Positions 18,055-27,592 of a stretch of DNA of 64,000 nt are shown one piece after another. The number at the start of each line of letters is the position of its first letter. The first letter of the stretch is position 1. The notes under the pieces were generated by a model, which saw only the letters and a list, made by a program, of their open reading frames with translations, was not told the DNA's origin and made no database searches. A program made the translations under genes and the position numbers. The DNA lies in assembly GCA_049672825.1 (NCBI GenBank), contig JBATWU010000032.1:7794-71793 (forward strand). Reading direction: 5' to 3'. This DNA is from Pusillimonas sp. (GTDB taxonomy: Bacteria > Pseudomonadota > Gammaproteobacteria > Burkholderiales > Burkholderiaceae_B).

Positions 18055-18492
18055 ATGAGCGATACGTCCGCGCTTGCGGAGTGGATCATCGAGCAGGTAT
18101 CCGATGCCCTGATCTACATAGATCAGGCCGGCAACATCGTGCGCTGGAACCAGGCTGCCTGTAGCCTGTTCGGCTACAGTGCGGCCGAAATGCTGGGCAA
18201 CAGCCTGGACCCTATCATTCCGATACACTTGCGCGCTGCGCATTGGGCCGGCTTCAACGCGGCCATGGCCAATGGGACGACTAAACTCCAGGGGCGACCG
18301 ACGCTGACGCGTGCTGTGCATAAAAGCGGCCGGAAGCTTTATGTCGAGATGACCTTCGCTCTGGTCCAGGACGCCGGCGGAGCGGCCATCGGATCAGTCG
18401 CCATGGCGCGCGACGTGACTGAACGGGTGGAAAAGGAACGCGCGATGCGCAGCGCGCGGCTAGCTGCAGAGACGCCTGGCGACTTTCGTTAA
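18055..18492 (+). CDS. Stand-alone PAS-domain protein
   Basis: ATG 18055 is preceded by GGGAG. PAS-like core: ALIYIDQAGNIVRWNQAACSLFGYSAAEMLGNSLDPIIP ... GRKLYVEMTFALV. Confidence 0.75.
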   Translation: MSDTSALAEWIIEQVSDALIYIDQAGNIVRWNQAACSLFGYSAAEMLGNSLDPIIPIHLRAAHWAGFNAAMANGTTKLQGRPTLTRAVHKSGRKLYVEMTFALVQDAGGAAIGSVAMARDVTERVEKERAMRSARLAAETPGDFR

Positions 18493-20270
18493 GTAGCATC
18501 CAGGCGCACGAATCGAAATCCTCTTGCCCTGGGGCTGCCCACCAGTAGACTGTCGACGAGTCCGCCAGGGCCGCGTTCGACCTGCACCATCCAGCCGAAC
18601 CGGTCGCCCTCGAATCGGTCGGCGACGGTGGGAAACAGTTTGACCGCATGTCCCGCCCAGCCGGCCTGAAGCACCAGGCCTTGCTCGGTCAGATGCAAGG
18701 TATGCACCGCTTCGAGCATGTCGCAGCAATACCGTCCCTGCAACGCTTTCAGTTCGCCCTTATCCGGCGTGGCTGCCTTGGCACGCTGATAGGTGACCGG
18801 CGCGACGAAAGGGCTGGCGTCCCGTGTTTCAACGAGTGCGGTGATTGCGCCGCCTTGCCATTGCGGCGTCAGCCGGTAGAGGCTGTCGGCCGATTGGCGC
18901 ACCGAGCCGTCGCTATCGATGAGCAGCGGCTTCGGCCGCTCGCCCGCCTCATGCCATTCCAGCGCATCCCCGTGGCGTGTGATCCATAGCAGCTTCCAGT
19001 TGTCAGGCAGATATTCGCCGGGCAGGGCCTTGAGCAATTCGTTCTTGACCGTGGCGGGTGCTTCGGAGGCCGGCCGCTTGACGGCGGGCGGCTGGGCCGG
19101 TTGCAGCAATCGCTCCAGCACCGGGAAACCGTCAAAGGGGCCGGCCGACAGGACGAAGGCGGCCCGGCGCGCATCGGGCAGTATCGCCAGCCACGAGCGG
19201 TAGCCGCCCAGCGAGCCTGCGTGGACAATGGCATCCGAGCCATGAACGCGGCGCAGAAACATGCCGGCTCCATATTCGATGGGCCGCCCGTCGTCCAGGC
19301 GTCCGGGGGCTGCCAGAAAGGACAGCAGTCCGCTGGCCCGGGATTGCGGCGACAGCAGGTGGCGTATCCATCGAAGCAAATCGGGTCCCGTGGTCACGAC
19401 GCCGGTTGGACCCGCGGCTTCGAAGCGCACGGGATCGTGGCGCCAGGCGCCGTTTGCCCTGTCGTGATTCGAATCGCCGGTCCGGGTCCGGCGATAGGCC
19501 AGTGCAAGAGCGGGAATGGCTTCGTTTCGATTGTCTGCGATAAGGGTATCGCTCATGCCGAGCGGCGCGAACAGCCGTTGCGCCGCGAAATGGCGCAACG
19601 GCTGGCCGCTCACGGTTTCGATCAGTTCGGCCAGCAGGAAATAGCCCGTATTGTTGTATCGATAGTCCGCGCCGGGCGGGAAATGAAGTTCATCCTGCCG
19701 GGCGGTCAGGCGTCGTATAGCATCTTGTCCGATATGGTCGCCGTCGTCCAGGCGGCCGGCCAGCTCGCTGAACCAGAGGCAGTCTTTCAGACCATTGGTG
19801 TGGTGGATCAGATGTCGAATGCGCAAGGCAGGCAGCATAGGCGACAGCCAGGGCAGGTAGTCCCGTACATGGTCGTCCAGGCCGAGTTGCTTTGCCCGGA
19901 GCAAATCATAAATCAGGCAGGCGGTGATGTGCTTGGATACGCTCGCGATCTCAAAACGGGTCCGTATCGACGCCGATGCTTGGTGTTCGAGGCTGGCGAA
20001 GCCGCAGGCATGCAAAAGCGCCGGCTCGTCGCCGCATACGATGCCGGCTACCAGCGCTGGACGAGGCTCTTTTTGCCAAGCTGCAAACTCCGTCAGCAGG
20101 GCCTGCATGGCCTTATCGCCGGGGTCCGTTTCGGACGGGGCGCGGGCGGTTTCCGGCAACGGCTCACGTCCGGATGCTCCCCTGGCCGGGCCGGCCAAAG
20201 CGGCGCCAAGGCCGACACCCAGGCCGGCCTGGAGCAGCCTGCGCCGTGACCGTCTGGCTGCGCCTGTCAC
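18489..20270 (-). CDS. Tat-exported serine hydrolase of the beta-lactamase/class C esterase fold, with extra ~200-aa C-terminal domain
   Basis: 593-aa ORF. Twin-arginine leader RRSRRRLLQAGLGVGLGAALA. SxxK motif ASVSKH. YxN motif YNNTGY. Its start overlaps the stop of the upstream TonB receptor gene by 4 nt. Confidence 0.85.
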   Translation of the reverse strand: MTGAARRSRRRLLQAGLGVGLGAALAGPARGASGREPLPETARAPSETDPGDKAMQALLTEFAAWQKEPRPALVAGIVCGDEPALLHACGFASLEHQASASIRTRFEIASVSKHITACLIYDLLRAKQLGLDDHVRDYLPWLSPMLPALRIRHLIHHTNGLKDCLWFSELAGRLDDGDHIGQDAIRRLTARQDELHFPPGADYRYNNTGYFLLAELIETVSGQPLRHFAAQRLFAPLGMSDTLIADNRNEAIPALALAYRRTRTGDSNHDRANGAWRHDPVRFEAAGPTGVVTTGPDLLRWIRHLLSPQSRASGLLSFLAAPGRLDDGRPIEYGAGMFLRRVHGSDAIVHAGSLGGYRSWLAILPDARRAAFVLSAGPFDGFPVLERLLQPAQPPAVKRPASEAPATVKNELLKALPGEYLPDNWKLLWITRHGDALEWHEAGERPKPLLIDSDGSVRQSADSLYRLTPQWQGGAITALVETRDASPFVAPVTYQRAKAATPDKGELKALQGRYCCDMLEAVHTLHLTEQGLVLQAGWAGHAVKLFPTVADRFEGDRFGWMVQVERGPGGLVDSLLVGSPRARGFRFVRLDAT

Positions 20271-22699
20271 CAGCGATAAGCCAGGGTGGCCATGATGCTG
20301 CGCTGATTGCCGTACTGGCAGGCGAAGCGCCCACCGCAGATGCGGACATAGGTCTTGTTGGTCAGGTTGGTGGCGTTGAGCATCAGGCTGGCGTCCTTCA
20401 ATCGTGGGTTGAGGCGGCCGAGGTCATAGCGCAAGGCGGCGTCGAGCAAGGTGTAGGACGGGATCTTGTAGTTGCCGCCATTCTCGCCGAACAACGAACC
20501 TATGTACCTCACGCCGAAGCCGGCTGACAGGCCCGCCAATGCGCCTTGTTGCACTTGGTAGTCGAGCCAGGCGCTGGCCTGATTGCGCGGTACGTTGGCT
20601 AGCGGTCGCCCTTCGTCTCCGGCGGTGTTGCTGCGGGTGACCTCGGCCCTTTGGTGCGAATACGACGCGATGAGGCTCAGGCCGTCCAATACATGAGCCT
20701 TGGCCTCGAGTTCGATGCCCTTGACCTGGACCTCTCCGGTCTGCGAACGGAAACCCGAGTGCTCCAGGTCGGGCGTCAGCACGTTTGTCTGCGTTAGATG
20801 ATAGGCCGACAGCGTGATGTAGCTGTCGTGTCCGGAGGGTTGGTACTTGATGCCGACCTCCCATTGCTTGCCTTTCTGGGGCTTGAAGTCGTTGCCGTCG
20901 AAATCGCCTCCATTGACGGGCTCGAACGACGTAGCGTATGAAGCATAGGGTGTCAGGCCATTGCCGAAGTGATACACGGCGCCGGTCTGCCAACTGAATG
21001 CGCTATCGGCATGATTCGATTGCGACGCGCTGCCATACATCAAATTGGCAAAGTCGTAATCGGTGCGCGCATCGTCGTAACGGCCTCCCAGGCTGAATAC
21101 CCAGTTGCCTGCATGGATCTGGTCCTGGGCATAGATCCCCAGCTGGCGCAGCCGGGAGGTACTGGTACTCATCAGAGAATAGTCCGGGATTTCGACGCCA
21201 TAGGCAGGATCATAGAGGTCTATGGATGCGACCTCGCCCGGCATGCCGTAGTAGGCGCCGCTGTAGTCGTAGCCCGAGCGGGTCTGTTTCCAGTCCAGTC
21301 CGAGCGTCAGGCCGTGTCTGGTTGCCCCGACCGGCACATTGCCCTCGAGACGGGTGTCCACCAGGAATGAATGGTTCCAGTCCACCTGGTCGACGACGTC
21401 GCGCAGATAGGTGCGCTTGTCGGGCTGAAGGCTGCCGAAGCCGTCGCCGAACAGTGCGCGAAACTCGGTGTCTGCCTTGGTGTACGAGAGATTCTGCACC
21501 ACTTTCCAGTTGTCGTTGAAGCTGTGCTGTAGTTCGTATCCCGTGCCGTACTGGTCGGCATGGAAGGCATTGTGGTTGGGATCGCCGGTGAATCGGTTGG
21601 CGGGCAGCTGGCCCCAGGGGTTGGGCAGCAGTGTGCCCTCGACCGGCAGCGCCGAAAACGACATGCCCGAACGGTCACGCTGATAGCGGGAGAAGAAAGT
21701 CAGGCTGGTGGCGGCTGACGGGTGCCACGAAAGACTGGGGGCGATATATCGGCGGTTGTCATCCACGTAATCGACCTGGGTGCCGCTGTCGCGTATCAGG
21801 CTTACTACGCGATAGCGCCATCTTGCATCTTCGTCTATGGGACCGCCGATGTCCACGCCGGCCTGCTTGCGATCGAAATTGCCGCCCTGGATATGGAATT
21901 CCCCTCGGGGGTCGGCCGTCGGGCGCTTGCTGACCATGTTCACCAGACCGCCCGGGGTGGCTTGCCCGAAAAGCACGGACGCCGGACCCTTGATGACCTC
22001 GATGCGCTCCATGCCGAAGGGTTCGACCTTCGTCCAGGAGTCTTCCAGGCCGTCACGATAAGTCGTCGGCGCAAAGCCACGCACCGAAAGGTTGTCGCTG
22101 CGAGTTTCGATGCCGTTGCTTTCCGTGACGACGCCCGGGACATAACGCAAGGCCTGGTCGAGTGTCTGTACCGCCTGCGCATCCATTTGATCGCGCGTGA
22201 CGACATTGATGGTGCGCGGTGCATCCAGGATGTCCTGGCCGCCTTTAAGGGAGGCGCTTCGCGTGGCGATGAACCCCTCGATCGGGAGGGTCGGATCTTG
22301 GACTCCCCCCTGGACCGTGACGGGGCCCAACTGCGAAATGTTGGGGGCGGTGCGCAGCGTGTAGATGCCTTGTCTCTCTTGCGTGGCGCGCAGCCCGGTG
22401 CCTTGCAGCAACTGATCCAACGCCGCTTTCGGTGTGTATCGGCCTTTCAGCCCCGGACTATGCGTGTTCTGCACCAGCTCGGACGCATAGGTCAGCAGGA
22501 TCCCGCTTTGCTGCCCGAAAGCATTCAGTGTGTCTTGCAGTGTGCCCGGGGCGATGTCGTAGTTTATGGTGACCGCGGGGGGGGCCTGCTGTGCCTGCGC
22601 GGCGATTGGCACGGCCAGGGGTGCCGCTGCGGCCAGCGCCAGGGCTCGGCAACTCATCCACGAGGCCAGCCGGGCAGCCTGGGTTTTTTTCAATGACAT
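20267..22699 (-). CDS. TonB-dependent siderophore receptor with STN signalling domain (FecA-type transducer)
   Basis: Start at MSLKKTQ (ATG 22699, GGAGAAG upstream). STN block INYDIAPGTLQDTLNAFGQQSGILL. Plug motif IEVIKGPASVLFGQATPGG. C-terminus ...ATLAYRW. Confidence 0.9.
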   Translation of the reverse strand: MSLKKTQAARLASWMSCRALALAAAAPLAVPIAAQAQQAPPAVTINYDIAPGTLQDTLNAFGQQSGILLTYASELVQNTHSPGLKGRYTPKAALDQLLQGTGLRATQERQGIYTLRTAPNISQLGPVTVQGGVQDPTLPIEGFIATRSASLKGGQDILDAPRTINVVTRDQMDAQAVQTLDQALRYVPGVVTESNGIETRSDNLSVRGFAPTTYRDGLEDSWTKVEPFGMERIEVIKGPASVLFGQATPGGLVNMVSKRPTADPRGEFHIQGGNFDRKQAGVDIGGPIDEDARWRYRVVSLIRDSGTQVDYVDDNRRYIAPSLSWHPSAATSLTFFSRYQRDRSGMSFSALPVEGTLLPNPWGQLPANRFTGDPNHNAFHADQYGTGYELQHSFNDNWKVVQNLSYTKADTEFRALFGDGFGSLQPDKRTYLRDVVDQVDWNHSFLVDTRLEGNVPVGATRHGLTLGLDWKQTRSGYDYSGAYYGMPGEVASIDLYDPAYGVEIPDYSLMSTSTSRLRQLGIYAQDQIHAGNWVFSLGGRYDDARTDYDFANLMYGSASQSNHADSAFSWQTGAVYHFGNGLTPYASYATSFEPVNGGDFDGNDFKPQKGKQWEVGIKYQPSGHDSYITLSAYHLTQTNVLTPDLEHSGFRSQTGEVQVKGIELEAKAHVLDGLSLIASYSHQRAEVTRSNTAGDEGRPLANVPRNQASAWLDYQVQQGALAGLSAGFGVRYIGSLFGENGGNYKIPSYTLLDAALRYDLGRLNPRLKDASLMLNATNLTNKTYVRICGGRFACQYGNQRSIMATLAYRW

Positions 22700-22795
22700 G
22701 ACTTCTCCATCCAGAATACTTGATGCGGGTTCTGGAGATAGGTCACGCAAGCAGGGGGAAACAGCTCATCAAAAAAGAAACTAAAAGTAACGACA

Positions 22796-23782
22796 TCAGG
22801 ACGCGATCACCGTGACCCAGTAGCGCGTGGACGAGCGTACGCTTACCGGCAGGGAGTGTTCCAGCGCGGCAAGGATTTTGTCAGTGTCGTGCAAGGGATA
22901 AGTGCCCGACACGCGCAGGTCCGCCACGGAGGCGTCGCATGAAAGATGCCCGTGTCGGTATCTTGCGAGCTCTTGAAGAAATGCATCCAGCCGCATATTG
23001 GATGCCACTATCATGCCGTTGATCCAGGCGATGGCCTCGTGGCTAGCCGCCAGGATGGGACCCATGTGTTCGACATACATATCTGCCTGCTGGCCGGGTG
23101 TGAGTCGGATCGGGGCTGGAAGAAACAGGGGTTGGACATCGACCGCGCCTTCAAATACCGAAACCCGGCAAAAATTGTCGAACAGCCGGGCCGAAAAGTG
23201 CGCCTGTTCCGTCTGTATGCTTCCCACGCGGGTTGTCACCTGCAAGGGAAGGGCGCCCGCGGGCGCATGGAACAGTGCCTCGCCCTCGCGCAGTATCACG
23301 TGGCGGCGGCCATCGGCAAAATCGACGTCCAGTGCGCTGCCGCTGTTGAGCGCCAAGCGCGTGCCGTCTTCCAGAATCACGGAGCGAGAACGTCCGACGT
23401 CCGCATGCAGATCCGCCGTCATGCGGCGTAGCGGAGTCTGGGTCAGGCCAATCCAGCCGGCCATCCCGGACACGGCGAAGCCAAGGCCAAGCTTGATGAC
23501 CGAGCGGCGCGAGGACGGTTGGTCGAGGACACCGCGCAAGGTCTCGCCATCCAGGTGTTGAAGACGTTGTTGGAAAGTTTCTATGCAATTCCAGGCCGCC
23601 TCGTGTTCGGGGGCGGCGCGCCGCCATGCAATACAGCGCTGTGCAACGGCCGCTTTCTGCGGCCCCGAAGCCTCATGCAGCATCAGCAGCCATTCCATGG
23701 CCGCTTTGGCGACACCCCGCGGGATGTCTTTGGGGTTTGACGCCGGCGCTTCGCCATGGAAATCGCAGTTTGGGCTGTTCAT
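22796..23782 (-). CDS. FecR-family anti-sigma factor / transmembrane sensor
   Basis: 328-aa ORF with an N-terminal anti-sigma region (AMEWLLMLHE...), a central TM segment and a C-terminal FecR domain. It overlaps the sigma-factor stop by 4 nt. Confidence 0.85.
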   Translation of the reverse strand: MNSPNCDFHGEAPASNPKDIPRGVAKAAMEWLLMLHEASGPQKAAVAQRCIAWRRAAPEHEAAWNCIETFQQRLQHLDGETLRGVLDQPSSRRSVIKLGLGFAVSGMAGWIGLTQTPLRRMTADLHADVGRSRSVILEDGTRLALNSGSALDVDFADGRRHVILREGEALFHAPAGALPLQVTTRVGSIQTEQAHFSARLFDNFCRVSVFEGAVDVQPLFLPAPIRLTPGQQADMYVEHMGPILAASHEAIAWINGMIVASNMRLDAFLQELARYRHGHLSCDASVADLRVSGTYPLHDTDKILAALEHSLPVSVRSSTRYWVTVIAS

Positions 23783-24288
23783 TGCGCAAAGTAGCAGCGC
23801 ATGCCGGCGCGGATGACGTGACGCTTGATGGTTGCCACGGAGACATCGAGTATCCCGGCGGCGTCGGCCAGGCTATGGCCCTCGACCTGGGTCAGCACGA
23901 AAGCGCGCCGAACGGTAGCGGGTAGACTGGAAAGACGGCGGTCCACTTCGAGCAGCGTCTCGATGATGATGGCATGTTCTTCAGCGGATATGGCCACTGG
24001 TTCCGGCCGGGCCGACAAGGCGTCGAGGTAGGCTTGTTCAATGTGCTGGCGTCGCCAATGATTTGCGAGAATGCGGCCGGCGATGGTAGCGAGAAAGGCG
24101 CGGGGCTGGCGCAAGGGCTGCAAGGGTTCACGGACGTTGTCAGCCAATATTCGTACGAAGGTGTCCTGTGCCAGATCGGCGGCCTTGAAGCTGCAGCCCA
24201 CTTTCCGCCGCAGAAGATTCTGCAGCCACGAATAATGATTGCGGTAGAGATGGTCGACATCATTGTCGAAGGGGGCGTGTGCCGACAT
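23779..24288 (-). CDS. ECF sigma-70 family factor (FecI-like)
   Basis: Start at MSAHAPFDNDVDHLYRNHYSWLQNLL (ATG 24288). Region 2 block DLAQDTFVRIL. Region 4 block FVLTQVEGHSLADAAGILDVSVATIKRHV. Confidence 0.9.
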   Translation of the reverse strand: MSAHAPFDNDVDHLYRNHYSWLQNLLRRKVGCSFKAADLAQDTFVRILADNVREPLQPLRQPRAFLATIAGRILANHWRRQHIEQAYLDALSARPEPVAISAEEHAIIIETLLEVDRRLSSLPATVRRAFVLTQVEGHSLADAAGILDVSVATIKRHVIRAGMRCYFAQ

Positions 24289-24357
24289 GCTGGAGAACAG
24301 AGCCGTAGTGTGATGGGACCGCTGTGGGAATACCCGGCGAAACAACAGCGTATTATA

Positions 24358-24377
24358 AATGCAACTCGTTCTCATTA
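24358..24377 (-). promoter_or_regulatory. Fur-box-like AT-rich dyad upstream of the FecI-like gene
   Basis: The minus strand reads TAATGAGAACGAGTTGCATTT, with dyad AATGnnAAC-n3-GTTnCATT. It matches about 11 of 18 positions of the GATAATGATAATCATTATC consensus by eye. It lies 70-90 nt upstream of ATG 24288. Confidence 0.35.
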
Positions 24378-24515
24378 CAATGGCGATGGGACTACAGACT
24401 GCTTGCGCTTTGGCCGTACGGCAGGGCTCTTGAGCGAGCCTGCCAGCAATGTCATGCATGGCTTCTTCTTGACGTCCGCACACGCCGCATGCAGAATTTA
24501 CGCATGGAAAATTCC

Positions 24516-25742
24516 ATGAAAATCACAGACACACGCTGTTGTGTCGTCGGTGGCGGGCCCGCCGGCATGATGCTGGGCTTGCTGTTGGCGCGCGCCGGGG
24601 TTGCCGCCGTCGTTCTCGAAAAGCACGGCGATTTCCTGCGGGATTTCCGGGGCGATACCGTGCACCCTTCCACGCTGGAAATACTGGCAGAGCTGGGGTT
24701 GAAAGAACAGTTCGATGCTTTGCCACAGCATCGCGTGGAACAGTTGCACGGTATGTTCGCCGATGGCATACATGCCCTGGGCGATTTCCGCCGCTTGCGG
24801 CCTTTTTCCTACATGGCGCTGGTGCCCCAGTGGGACCTGCTCAATCTGCTCGCCACCGAGGCGCAGCGCCACGATGGCTTTCAGCTATGTATGCGCCACG
24901 AAGTAACGGAGCTCGTGCGTGGCCCCGATGGAAGGGTTACCGGCGTAATGGCCCGGACGCCAGAGGGTATGGTCCGGTTCAATGCCGATCTTGTCGTGGG
25001 ATGCGATGGACGGCATTCTTTGCTGCGTGCGGCCGCTGGCTTGCAACCGCAAAGCCTGGGCGCGCCCATGGACGTTCTTTGGTTCCGCCTCCCGCGCTTT
25101 CCCACCGACCCATTGGGTACTTACGGGGTGCCGGGCTATGGCAATTTCCTTGTCATGCTCAATCGCAACGAGTACTGGCAGATCGCCAGCGTGATCGCCA
25201 AGGGCGAAGCCGATCAATGGCGAGAGCAGCCGATCCATGAATTCCGGGCGAGGGTGGCCCGGAAAGTCGGCTTCCTGGCTGACCGGGTCGACAATATCGC
25301 CTCGTGGGATGACGTCAAGCTGCTGGAGGTGCGGGTGGATCGTCTGCGGCAATGGCACCGCCCCGGCCTGCTTTTGATCGGCGATGCGGCGCACGCCATG
25401 TCCCCCATAGGCGGCGTGGGCATCAACCTGGCCATACAAGATGCGGTGGCGGCTGGCAATATCCTGGCGCCCGCCTTGCTGGCCCCGGGCTTGCCTGACG
25501 AGACGGTACTGGCCGCCGTGCAACAGCGGCGCCTGCTGCCGACGAAGATCATCCAGGCGCTTCAGGTGTTCATCCAGCGGCGCGTGATTGCGCCGGCCCT
25601 GGCCAGCCGCGCATCCGACAAGCCGGTCGAGCTGCCGCGCATTGCGCGACTGCTGTTAAGGTCTTCGTTCATACGGTGGATTCCCGCCCGCGTTCTCGGA
25701 CAGGGGTTCCGGCGAGAGCATGTCAAGCTGTCCTCGCGCTGA
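24516..25742 (+). CDS. FAD-dependent monooxygenase (UbiH/PheA-type flavoprotein hydroxylase family)
   Basis: Start at MKITDTRCCVVGGGPAGMMLGLLLARAG; ATG 24504 is an alternative. GxGxxG dinucleotide fold. FAD/ribityl motif LLLIGDAAHAMSPIGGVGINLAIQDA. Confidence 0.85.
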   Translation: MKITDTRCCVVGGGPAGMMLGLLLARAGVAAVVLEKHGDFLRDFRGDTVHPSTLEILAELGLKEQFDALPQHRVEQLHGMFADGIHALGDFRRLRPFSYMALVPQWDLLNLLATEAQRHDGFQLCMRHEVTELVRGPDGRVTGVMARTPEGMVRFNADLVVGCDGRHSLLRAAAGLQPQSLGAPMDVLWFRLPRFPTDPLGTYGVPGYGNFLVMLNRNEYWQIASVIAKGEADQWREQPIHEFRARVARKVGFLADRVDNIASWDDVKLLEVRVDRLRQWHRPGLLLIGDAAHAMSPIGGVGINLAIQDAVAAGNILAPALLAPGLPDETVLAAVQQRRLLPTKIIQALQVFIQRRVIAPALASRASDKPVELPRIARLLLRSSFIRWIPARVLGQGFRREHVKLSSR

Positions 25743-25774
25743 TTTTTGCACCGGCGCCGCAAAGCGAGTGCTGG

Positions 25775-26821
25775 CTATGTCACGGCTTTGCCCAGTGCTT
25801 CGGCGGCTTCTTCGACCTGGGCGGTGCTGACATCCATATGCGTTACGATGCGCAGGCGGTAAGTATTTTCAGCGCCCAAGCGTATACCTTGCGGCATTAG
25901 CTTGTCGCACAGTTGTTGCGCGGTATAGCCAGTATCCCGAACGTCCAGGAAAACAAGATTGGTTTGTACCGGGCCACTGTCCAGTTTGAATCCCCGCACG
26001 CCCGCGACACGGTCGGCGAACAGGCGGGCATTGGCATGGTCTTGAGCCAATCGGTCAATATGATGATCCAGAGCGTACAGTCCGGCCGCGGCCAGTACGC
26101 CGGACTGGCGCAGAGCACCGCCCAGCCGATGCTTCCAGAGCCAAGCTTGCTCGATCAGCTCGGCGGACCCGGCCAGCACTGCACCGACCGGACAGCCCAG
26201 TCCTTTGGACAGGTCAACCCAGACGGTATCGCAGTGCTCCGCATATTGTTGCGCCGGCACGCCCGATGCGACTACCGCATTGAGCAGCCGCGCGCCATCC
26301 ATATGCACCGCCATCGAATGACTTGCCGCCAGTTGCGCAATTTCTTTGATGTGCGCCAAAGACCAGATGCCGCCTCCACCGCGGTTCACGGTTTGCTCCA
26401 GTACGACCAGACGTGGCCGTGGCGCGTTCCGCTTTTGCGGCCGGATGCGGTCGGCGATCTGTTGGGCGGTAAACATGCCATGCCGTCCGTCCAGGGTATG
26501 CACCATGGCGCCCGCCAGGGCGGCGGGGCCGCCCGCTTCGGAGCCCACAATATGTGCCGACATATCGGCGAATATCTCATCGCCCGGCCGGCAGTGCACC
26601 AGAATGGAAATCTGGTTGCACATGACACCCGATGGCAGGAACACGGCAGCCTCTTTGCCCAGCAGGGAGGCTACCCTGGCGCATAGTTCGTTGGTGCTGG
26701 GATCTTCACCTCGCTGCTCATCGCCTACCTGCGCTTGCGCCATGGCCTGCCGCATTCCAGGGCTGGGCCGAGTGGCGGTGTCACTGATCAGATCAATGCG
26801 GGGAGCGGCGGTGGACTGCAT
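25775..26821 (-). CDS. ltaE: Low-specificity L-threonine aldolase (PLP-dependent, beta-eliminating lyase family)
   Basis: 348-aa ORF. N-terminal block IDLISDTATRPSPGMRQAMAQAQVGDEQRGEDPSTNEL is typical of threonine aldolases. PLP-Lys context is VDLSKGLG. Confidence 0.8.
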   Translation of the reverse strand: MQSTAAPRIDLISDTATRPSPGMRQAMAQAQVGDEQRGEDPSTNELCARVASLLGKEAAVFLPSGVMCNQISILVHCRPGDEIFADMSAHIVGSEAGGPAALAGAMVHTLDGRHGMFTAQQIADRIRPQKRNAPRPRLVVLEQTVNRGGGGIWSLAHIKEIAQLAASHSMAVHMDGARLLNAVVASGVPAQQYAEHCDTVWVDLSKGLGCPVGAVLAGSAELIEQAWLWKHRLGGALRQSGVLAAAGLYALDHHIDRLAQDHANARLFADRVAGVRGFKLDSGPVQTNLVFLDVRDTGYTAQQLCDKLMPQGIRLGAENTYRLRIVTHMDVSTAQVEEAAEALGKAVT

Positions 26822-26833
26822 GAAAGACTCCGG

Positions 26834-27592
26834 TCAGTGGTTGATGATTTGGCTCAGAAACTGTTTGGCCCGATCACTTTTTGGATGAGAAAAAAACGCT
26901 TCGGGCGGGGCCGCTTCGACAATACGGCCGGCGTCCATGAATACCACCAAGTCAGCCATTTTGCGCGCAAAACCCATCTCGTGAGTCACGACGATCATGG
27001 TGATGCCTTCTTGGGCAAGTTCCGTCATGACTTGCAGGACTTCATTGATCATTTCCGGGTCCAATGCCGATGTTGGCTCATCGAACAGCAAGACCTTGGG
27101 CTTGGACATCAGTGCCCTTACGATGGCGACCCGTTGTTGCTGTCCCCCCGATAATTGGCCGGGATATTTGCCGGCTTGGTCGGCCAGGCCGACCCGCGCC
27201 AGCAGTTGATTGGCGTACGCTTCGGCTTCGTGCTTAGGTGTTTTGTTGACGTAAATGGGGGCAAGGGTCAGGTTGTCCATCACATTCAGGTGCATGAAAA
27301 GGTTGATGCCCTGAAACACCATCCCGACATCGCGCCGTATCTGTTCTATCTTCCGGATATCGTCAGAGACTTCTATGCCATCCACAATGATGCGCCCTTC
27401 GTGGTGCTCCTCCAGGCGGTTGATGCAGCGAATCATGGTCGACTTGCCCGAACCGGATGGTCCGCACACGACGATTCTTTCCCCCCGGGCAACTTCAAGG
27501 TTGATATCCCGCAAAGCATGGTAGCTGTCATACCATTTGTTGACGCCCTGGAGTTGCACCACCGGCCCGGTCGAGGCGGTTTCCGTGTTCAT
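26834..27592 (-). CDS. aapP: Polar amino-acid ABC transporter ATP-binding protein
   Basis: Walker [10 protein letters not shown], signature [15 protein letters not shown] and Walker [12 protein letters not shown]. Confidence 0.9.
   Translation of the reverse strand: MNTETASTGPVVQLQGVNKWYDSYHALRDINLEVARGERIVVCGPSGSGKSTMIRCINRLEEHHEGRIIVDGIEVSDDIRKIEQIRRDVGMVFQGINLFMHLNVMDNLTLAPIYVNKTPKHEAEAYANQLLARVGLADQAGKYPGQLSGGQQQRVAIVRALMSKPKVLLFDEPTSALDPEMINEVLQVMTELAQEGITMIVVTHEMGFARKMADLVVFMDAGRIVEAAPPEAFFSHPKSDRAKQFLSQIINH

Noticed and set aside
24324-24503. Upstream extension of the FAD-monooxygenase ORF, and likewise the long N-terminal extensions of ORFs 23779-24483, 13738-14946, 33158-33244, 34779-34895, 45102-45338 and 46367-46453.
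   Set aside because: The extensions cover promoter or intergenic DNA or neighbouring genes and lack homology. Internal Met codons with SD-like sequences coincide with the conserved N-termini of the families.
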